From the NCBI GenBank assembly GCA_913053875.1, contig CAJXGN010000011.1, positions 23,190 to 87,189 of the forward strand: a stretch of 64,000 nucleotides of DNA. The letters are read 5' to 3'. The notes below the pieces were generated by a model that saw nothing but the letters and a program-made list of their open reading frames with translations, did not search any database and had not been told where the DNA came from. A program made the position numbers and the translations under genes. Below are positions 58,628-64,000 of this stretch, piece after piece. Numbering within the stretch: the first letter of the stretch is position 1; the number at the start of each line of letters is the position of its first letter. Origin of the DNA: an uncultured Agromyces sp. Its GTDB lineage: Bacteria; Actinomycetota; Actinomycetes; Actinomycetales; Microbacteriaceae.

Positions 58628-60130
58628 ATGGTCAGCTTCGTCGATGAGGTGACGCTGCACCTGCGCGCCGGCCACGGCGGCAACGGCTGCGTCTCGGTGC
58701 GTCGCGAGAAGTTCAAGCCGCTCGCGGGCCCCGACGGCGGCAACGGCGGCAACGGCGGCGACATCGTGCTCGTCGCCGACACCCAGGTCACCACCCTCCT
58801 CGGCTACCATCACCGCCCGCACCGCTCGTCGGAGAACGGCTCACCGGGCATGGGCGACAACCGGTCGGGTGCCACGGGCGAGCCGCTCGAGCTGCCCGTT
58901 CCGGTCGGCACCGTGGTGAAGGACGAGCGGGGCGTCGAACTGGCCGACCTCGACGCGCCCGGCATGCGGTTCGTCGCGGCATCCGGCGGCCTCGGCGGCC
59001 TCGGCAACGCCGCACTGGCGTCGGTCAAGCGCAAGGCGCCGGGCTTCGCGCTGCTCGGCACGCCCGGGTGGGAGGGCGACGTCGTCCTCGAGCTCAAGAC
59101 CATCGCCGACGTGGCCTTCGTCGGCTACCCGTCCGCCGGCAAGTCGAGCCTGATCGCCGCGATGTCCGCGGCCCGGCCGAAGATCGCCGACTACCCGTTC
59201 ACGACCCTGCATCCGAACCTCGGCGTCGTGCAGGCGGGCGAGACCAGGTTCACCGTGGCCGACGTGCCCGGCCTCATCGAGGGCGCGAGCGAGGGCAAGG
59301 GCCTGGGCCTCGAGTTCCTGCGTCACGTCGAGCGCTGCTCCGCGCTGCTGCACGTGCTCGACTGCGCGACACTCGACCCGGGCCGCGACCCGATCAGCGA
59401 CCTCGACGTGATCCTCGGCGAGCTCGGCGCGTATCCGGTGCCCGAGGGGCAGACGCCGCTGCTCGAGCGTCCGCAGCTCGTCGCGCTCAACAAGGTGGAC
59501 GTGCCCGAGGCGCGCGAGCTGGCCGAGTTCGTGCGCCCCGAGCTGGAGGAGCGCGGCTTCCGGGTGTTCGAGATCTCGACGGTGAGCCACGAGGGGCTGA
59601 AGGTGCTCGGCTACGCGCTGGGCGAGCTCGTCGCCGCCGCACGCGAGGCCGCTGCCGCGGAGCCCGAGCCGGAGCGCATCGTGCTGCGTCCCAAGGCGGT
59701 CGACCGCGTCGAGTTCACGGTGAAGCCCGAGGGCGGCACCTACGGCACGATGTACCGCGTGCTCGGTGCGAAGCCCGAGCGGTGGGTGGCGCAGACCGAC
59801 TTCGCCAACGACGAGGCCGTCGGCTACCTGGCCGACCGCCTCGCGCGTCTGGGCGTCGAGGACGAGCTCGTGCGCGCGGGAGCGGTCGCCGGCTCGACCG
59901 TCGTGATCGGTCCGGGCTCGGGCGTCGTCTTCGACTGGGAGCCCACGCTCACCTCGGCCGCCGAGGTCATGGTCGCGCCCCGAGGCGCCGACCCGCGCCT
60001 CGACGAGAGCCGGCGCGCGACCCGCGCCGAGCGCCGGAGCGACTACCACGACCGCATGGACGCGAAAGCCGAGGCGCGCGCCGAACTCGAGCGCGAGCGC
60101 GAGTCGGGCATGTGGGACGAGGACGAATGA
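58628..60130 (+). CDS. obgE: GTPase ObgE
   Basis: [40 protein letters not shown]-terminal domain. Confidence 0.97.
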   Translation: MVSFVDEVTLHLRAGHGGNGCVSVRREKFKPLAGPDGGNGGNGGDIVLVADTQVTTLLGYHHRPHRSSENGSPGMGDNRSGATGEPLELPVPVGTVVKDERGVELADLDAPGMRFVAASGGLGGLGNAALASVKRKAPGFALLGTPGWEGDVVLELKTIADVAFVGYPSAGKSSLIAAMSAARPKIADYPFTTLHPNLGVVQAGETRFTVADVPGLIEGASEGKGLGLEFLRHVERCSALLHVLDCATLDPGRDPISDLDVILGELGAYPVPEGQTPLLERPQLVALNKVDVPEARELAEFVRPELEERGFRVFEISTVSHEGLKVLGYALGELVAAAREAAAAEPEPERIVLRPKAVDRVEFTVKPEGGTYGTMYRVLGAKPERWVAQTDFANDEAVGYLADRLARLGVEDELVRAGAVAGSTVVIGPGSGVVFDWEPTLTSAAEVMVAPRGADPRLDESRRATRAERRSDYHDRMDAKAEARAELERERESGMWDEDE

Positions 60131-60933
60131 CGCCCCTGCACCGCACCGACATCGGCGTCGCGCGCCGCATCGTCGTCAAGGTCGGCTCGTCGTCGATCAG
60201 CGGCGACCAGGCGGGCCAGATCGCCCCGCTCGTCGATGCGCTGGCCGCCGCACACGGTCGCGGCGTCGAGGTCGTGCTCGTGTCGTCGGGCGCCATCGCG
60301 ACCGGCATGCCCTACCTGCGTCTCGACGAACGGCCGACCGATCTCGCGACGCAGCAGGCCGCGGCATCCGTGGGCCAGAACCTGCTCGTGTTCCGCTACC
60401 AGGACGCGCTCGACCGATACGACATCATCGCCGGGCAGGTGCTGCTGACCGCGGGCGACCTCGAGCACGCGACGCCGCGCAGCAACGCGCAGCGTGCGAT
60501 GGAGCGGCTGCTCGGCCTGCGGATCCTCCCCATCGTGAACGAGAACGACACGGTCGCGACGCACGAGATCCGCTTCGGCGACAACGACCGGCTCGCGGCG
60601 CTCGTCGCCGAGCTCATCGGCGCCGACCTGCTCGTGCTCCTCTCGGACGTCGACGCGCTGTACACCATGCCTCCGCACCTGCCCGGCGCGCAGCGCATCG
60701 ACGAGGTCCCGTTCGGCGACACCCTCGACGGGGTGGAGATCGGCAGCGCCGGTCGCTCGGGCGTCGGCACCGGGGGAGCGGAGACCAAGGTGAGCGCGGC
60801 GCGCATCGCCGCCGAGGCCGGCACCGCCGTGCTCATCACGGCGACGTCGCTCGTCGGCGAGGCGCTCACGACCGCGTCCGTGGGCACCTGGTTCGCGCCC
60901 GGCCCCGCCCCTGAGGGCTCCCGGCTCGCATAG
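60127..60933 (+). CDS. proB: Glutamate 5-kinase, short form without PUA domain
   Basis: [43 protein letters not shown]; 268 aa. Confidence 0.95.
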   Translation: MTPLHRTDIGVARRIVVKVGSSSISGDQAGQIAPLVDALAAAHGRGVEVVLVSSGAIATGMPYLRLDERPTDLATQQAAASVGQNLLVFRYQDALDRYDIIAGQVLLTAGDLEHATPRSNAQRAMERLLGLRILPIVNENDTVATHEIRFGDNDRLAALVAELIGADLLVLLSDVDALYTMPPHLPGAQRIDEVPFGDTLDGVEIGSAGRSGVGTGGAETKVSAARIAAEAGTAVLITATSLVGEALTTASVGTWFAPGPAPEGSRLA

Positions 60934-60942
60934 GCTTGCCCC

Positions 60943-62211
60943 ATGCAGTCGACCGTCGCCATCGACCCCGTGCTCGCCTCCCGATTCGACGAGGCGCGCA
61001 CCGCAGCGCGGGTGCTCGGCACCCGGCCGACGGGGGTGAAGGATGCCGCGCTCGACGCGATCGCCGATGCGCTGCTCGCGCACGAACCCGCCATCCTCGC
61101 CGCGAACGAGCAGGACATCGCCGCGGGCCGCGCGAACGGCCTCGGCGACGGGCTGCTCGACCGCCTCACGCTGACGTCGCAGCGCGTCGCCGCGCTGGCC
61201 GACGCCGTGCGCGACGTGGTGCGCCTCGAGGACCCGGTCGGCGAGTCGGTCCGGGGTCGCCGCCTGCCCAACGGCATCCGCATCGAGCAGGTGCGCGTGC
61301 CGCTCGGCGTGGTCGGGGCGATCTACGAGGCGCGACCGAACGTCACGGTCGACATCGCCGCGCTCGCGATCAAGAGCGGCAATGCCGTCGTGCTCCGCGG
61401 CGGTTCGGCCGCCGAGCGCACGAACCAGGTGCTGGTGGGCGTGCTCCGCGAGGGACTCGCGGCGGCCGGCCTGCCCGAGGGTGCGGTGCAGACGGTCGAC
61501 GACTTCGGTCGCGACGGTGCTCGCGCCATGATGCACGCGCGGGGACGCATCGACGTGCTCATCCCGCGCGGCAGCGCCGGGCTGATCGAGACCGTCGTGT
61601 CGGAGTCGACCGTGCCCGTCATCGAGACGGGTGCGGGCGTCGTGCACATGTTCCTCGACGAGAGCGCGCCGCTCGAGCGCGCGGTCGAGCTCGTGCACAA
61701 CGCGAAGGTGCAGCGGCCGAGCGTCTGCAACGCGCTCGAGACGGTGCTCGTGCACCGGGCGGCCGCCGAGCGCCTGCTGCCCGCCGTGCTCGATCGACTG
61801 CTCCAGGCGGGGGTGACGGTGCGCGGCGACGACGCCGTGCGCGCCGTGCGCAGCGAGGTGCTCCCGGCGACGGACGAGGACTACGCGAGCGAGCACATGG
61901 CGCTGGAGATCTCGGCGCGCGTCGTCGACGACCTCGACCAGGCGCTCGAGCACATCGATCGCTTCTCGACGCGGCACACCGAGGCGATCGTGACCGACGA
62001 CCTCGCCGCCTCGGAGCGCTTCCTCGCCGAGGTCGACGCGGCCGCGGTCATGGTGAACGCCTCGACGCGCTTCACCGACGGCGGCGAGTTCGGGTTCGGT
62101 GCCGAGGTCGGCATCTCGACGCAGAAGCTGCACGCGCGCGGACCGATGGGGCTGCCCGAGCTCACGAGCACCAAGTGGCTCGTGCGCGGCGACGGGCAGG
62201 TGCGCGGCTGA
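60943..62211 (+). CDS. proA: Gamma-glutamyl phosphate reductase
   Basis: RVPLGVVGAIYEARPNVT, CNALET, VNASTRFTDG, GISTQKLHARGP. Confidence 0.97.
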   Translation: MQSTVAIDPVLASRFDEARTAARVLGTRPTGVKDAALDAIADALLAHEPAILAANEQDIAAGRANGLGDGLLDRLTLTSQRVAALADAVRDVVRLEDPVGESVRGRRLPNGIRIEQVRVPLGVVGAIYEARPNVTVDIAALAIKSGNAVVLRGGSAAERTNQVLVGVLREGLAAAGLPEGAVQTVDDFGRDGARAMMHARGRIDVLIPRGSAGLIETVVSESTVPVIETGAGVVHMFLDESAPLERAVELVHNAKVQRPSVCNALETVLVHRAAAERLLPAVLDRLLQAGVTVRGDDAVRAVRSEVLPATDEDYASEHMALEISARVVDDLDQALEHIDRFSTRHTEAIVTDDLAASERFLAEVDAAAVMVNASTRFTDGGEFGFGAEVGISTQKLHARGPMGLPELTSTKWLVRGDGQVRG

Positions 62212-62274
62212 CCGCGACGGGCTCGCTAGACTGGGTGACGCGCGCTCCCGACGCGCAAGATGGAGGAACGGCTG

Positions 62275-62484
62275 ATGCAGGTCTTGACCACGGTGCTCGC
62301 TGAGACGGAGTTCGCCCGCGAGCTCCCGATCGACCCGATCGTCTACGGGCTCATCGCCCTCGTGATCTTCATCGCGCTGGGCTTCGTCACCTGGTCGTAC
62401 CGCGACGTCGCGAACCGTCACCGCGAGAAGGCGGAGGCGTACGCCGCTCGCGTGGCCGCCGGCGAGGAACCGGACCACCACTAG
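62275..62484 (+). CDS. Small single-TM hypothetical protein upstream of nadD
   Basis: GGAGGA RBS, TM segment [28 protein letters not shown], His-ending tail; TAGACT at 62227. Confidence 0.75.
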   Translation: MQVLTTVLAETEFARELPIDPIVYGLIALVIFIALGFVTWSYRDVANRHREKAEAYAARVAAGEEPDHH

Positions 62485-62497
62485 CATCGGCACCACC

Positions 62498-63097
62498 GTG
62501 GCCGACGAGTCGGGGCGCCCGCGCATCGGAGTGATGGGCGGGACGTTCGACCCGGTCCACCACGGCCACCTCGTCGCTGCGAGCGAGGTGGCGCACTCGT
62601 ACGGCCTGGACGAGGTCGTCTTCGTTCCGACCGGCAGGCCCTCGCACAAGGACGCGGTGACCGAGGCCGAGCACCGCTACCTCATGACGGTGATCGCGAC
62701 CGCGTCGAACCCCCGATTCACCGTGAGCCGCGTCGACATCGACCGTGCGGGGCCGACCTACACGACGGACACCCTGCGCGACATCCGCCGCCAACGGCCC
62801 GATGCGGAGCTCTACTTCATCACCGGCGCCGACGCCGTCGCGCAGATCCTCTCGTGGAAGGACGTCGGCGAGCTCTGGGAGCAGGCCCACTTCGTTGCTG
62901 TGAGTCGACCGGGACATGTGCTCTCCGTTTCGGGTTTGCCCGAGGCGGACGTAAGCTTGCTGGAGGTTCCGGCACTTGCGATCTCGTCCACCGACTGCCG
63001 GAACAGGGTGCGCCGGGGTGACCCGGTGTGGTACTTGGTGCCCGACGGGGTCGTCCAGTACATCTCCAAGCACCGTCTGTATCGGAGTCTCGAATGA
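62498..63097 (+). CDS. nadD: Nicotinate-nucleotide adenylyltransferase
   Basis: [26 protein letters not shown]. Confidence 0.97.
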   Translation: MADESGRPRIGVMGGTFDPVHHGHLVAASEVAHSYGLDEVVFVPTGRPSHKDAVTEAEHRYLMTVIATASNPRFTVSRVDIDRAGPTYTTDTLRDIRRQRPDAELYFITGADAVAQILSWKDVGELWEQAHFVAVSRPGHVLSVSGLPEADVSLLEVPALAISSTDCRNRVRRGDPVWYLVPDGVVQYISKHRLYRSLE

Positions 63098-64000
63098 CGT
63101 CGTGGCAGGATCCGCCACTGACGCGCCGCGAAGCTCGCGAGCGCGAGCGCCTGCTGGCACAGCAGGCCGCGTCGCCGACCCCGGATGCCCCTGCCGCAGC
63201 GCCCGAGCAGGCGCCGCAGGAGCCCGCACCGCCGCAGGCCGCACCCGCGCCGCCGGTACAGCCGGCTCCGCAGCCGAGCTTCCCGCAGCCCGCGCAGGCG
63301 GCTCCCGCGGCTCCCGCATGGTCGTCGCAGGCGCCGCCCCAGGCGGCTCCGCCGCCCGCTCCACCGGTGCGCCCGGCCTCCGAGTCGGCGCCGCAGCCAC
63401 CCGCTCCCGCAGCCCGCGAGTCCGCTCCCGAGCGCACGCTGACCCGACGCGAGCTCCGTGCGCTGCTCGAGAGCCAGGGCGAGAGCACGCAGGACGAGCT
63501 CGACGCTCCGTCGCTGCCGCCCGCTCCGCCGGCCCGGCAGGCACCCGTGGCCGAGCGCTCCGCGACCCCGGTCGCCATGACCTCGCACCATGCCGCCGAC
63601 CAGGCTCCGGCACCCTCGTTCGAGCCCGTCTCGGTCGACACCCCGACTCCGACGGGAACCTCCACGCCGACGGGCCACTGGAGCCTCCAGATGGCGGAGG
63701 ACGAGCCGGAGGCGCCCACCCCGTTCGACCAGTTGCTCGCACGCGGCGGGTCGGGCCGCGGCGGCTCGACGACCACGAACGCGCTCATCCTGCCGAGCCT
63801 GCCGAACCCCGGTGCGATGACGCACCCGGCGACGGGCGAGGTGATGGTCACCGGGTCGATCGACCTGCCGCGCAGCTACGGCTCGACCGGCGCCCATCCG
63901 AGCCACATCGACTCGCCCGACCTCGACAGCATGTTCGACCAGATGGAGGACACCGGCGGCGGCGTCGCTCCCATCTCGGCCGCACGGGCGATCAGCACGC
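63094..64000 (+). CDS. Pro/Ala-rich hypothetical protein with two LTRRE motifs, runs off the window (not in the ORF track)
   Basis: ATGA overlap with the nadD stop; frame translated by hand is open to 64000: [17 protein letters not shown]...[11 protein letters not shown]...[14 protein letters not shown]. Confidence 0.8.
   Translation, partial: MTSWQDPPLTRREARERERLLAQQAASPTPDAPAAAPEQAPQEPAPPQAAPAPPVQPAPQPSFPQPAQAAPAAPAWSSQAPPQAAPPPAPPVRPASESAPQPPAPAARESAPERTLTRRELRALLESQGESTQDELDAPSLPPAPPARQAPVAERSATPVAMTSHHAADQAPAPSFEPVSVDTPTPTGTSTPTGHWSLQMAEDEPEAPTPFDQLLARGGSGRGGSTTTNALILPSLPNPGAMTHPATGEVMVTGSIDLPRSYGSTGAHPSHIDSPDLDSMFDQMEDTGGGVAPISAARAIST

Noticed and set aside
62915-62945. Antisense GGCAAACCCGAAACGG resembling a c-di-GMP-I riboswitch
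   Set aside because: The stem is too short, the GGACGCAAA and second-stem elements are missing, and there is no minus-strand gene downstream.

Overview
High-GC (about 72% by eye) actinobacterial chromosome segment. Gene content and order point to Microbacteriaceae, possibly Agromyces-like (inference). It is almost all core genome: gltD-pyk, tRNA-Leu(CAA), ANTAR regulator, polA, rpsA, coaE-uvrB-uvrA-uvrC-rapZ-whiA, sodA-gap-pgk-tpiA-secG-rbpA, tkt-tal-pgi-zwf-opcA-pgl, ctaB/ctaA, a reduced SUF operon, a small accessory patch (dcp, methyltransferase, ArsR-like regulator with a small peptide, an 83-aa hypothetical), valS, an MFS transporter, T-box-ileS-folC-ndk, rne, rplU-rpmA-obgE-proB-proA and nadD. 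I found no CRISPR array, prophage, IS, integrase, defence system or clear pseudogene. The best leads are non-coding signals. (1) A GGATGC/GCATCC hexamer recurs about 95 times by manual count and often uses otherwise rare codons. (2) A 14-bp-periodic interlocking operator array lies in front of an ArsR-like repressor and a small basic peptide. (3) PafBC-type TGTCGG-N10-TA promoters precede uvrA, uvrB and probably polA. (4) A structured leader precedes a SUF operon that has no sufR, and its promoter is back-to-back with the ctaA promoter. (5) A codon-anomalous patch inside nadD may hide a promoter. All counts are by eye and need computational confirmation.
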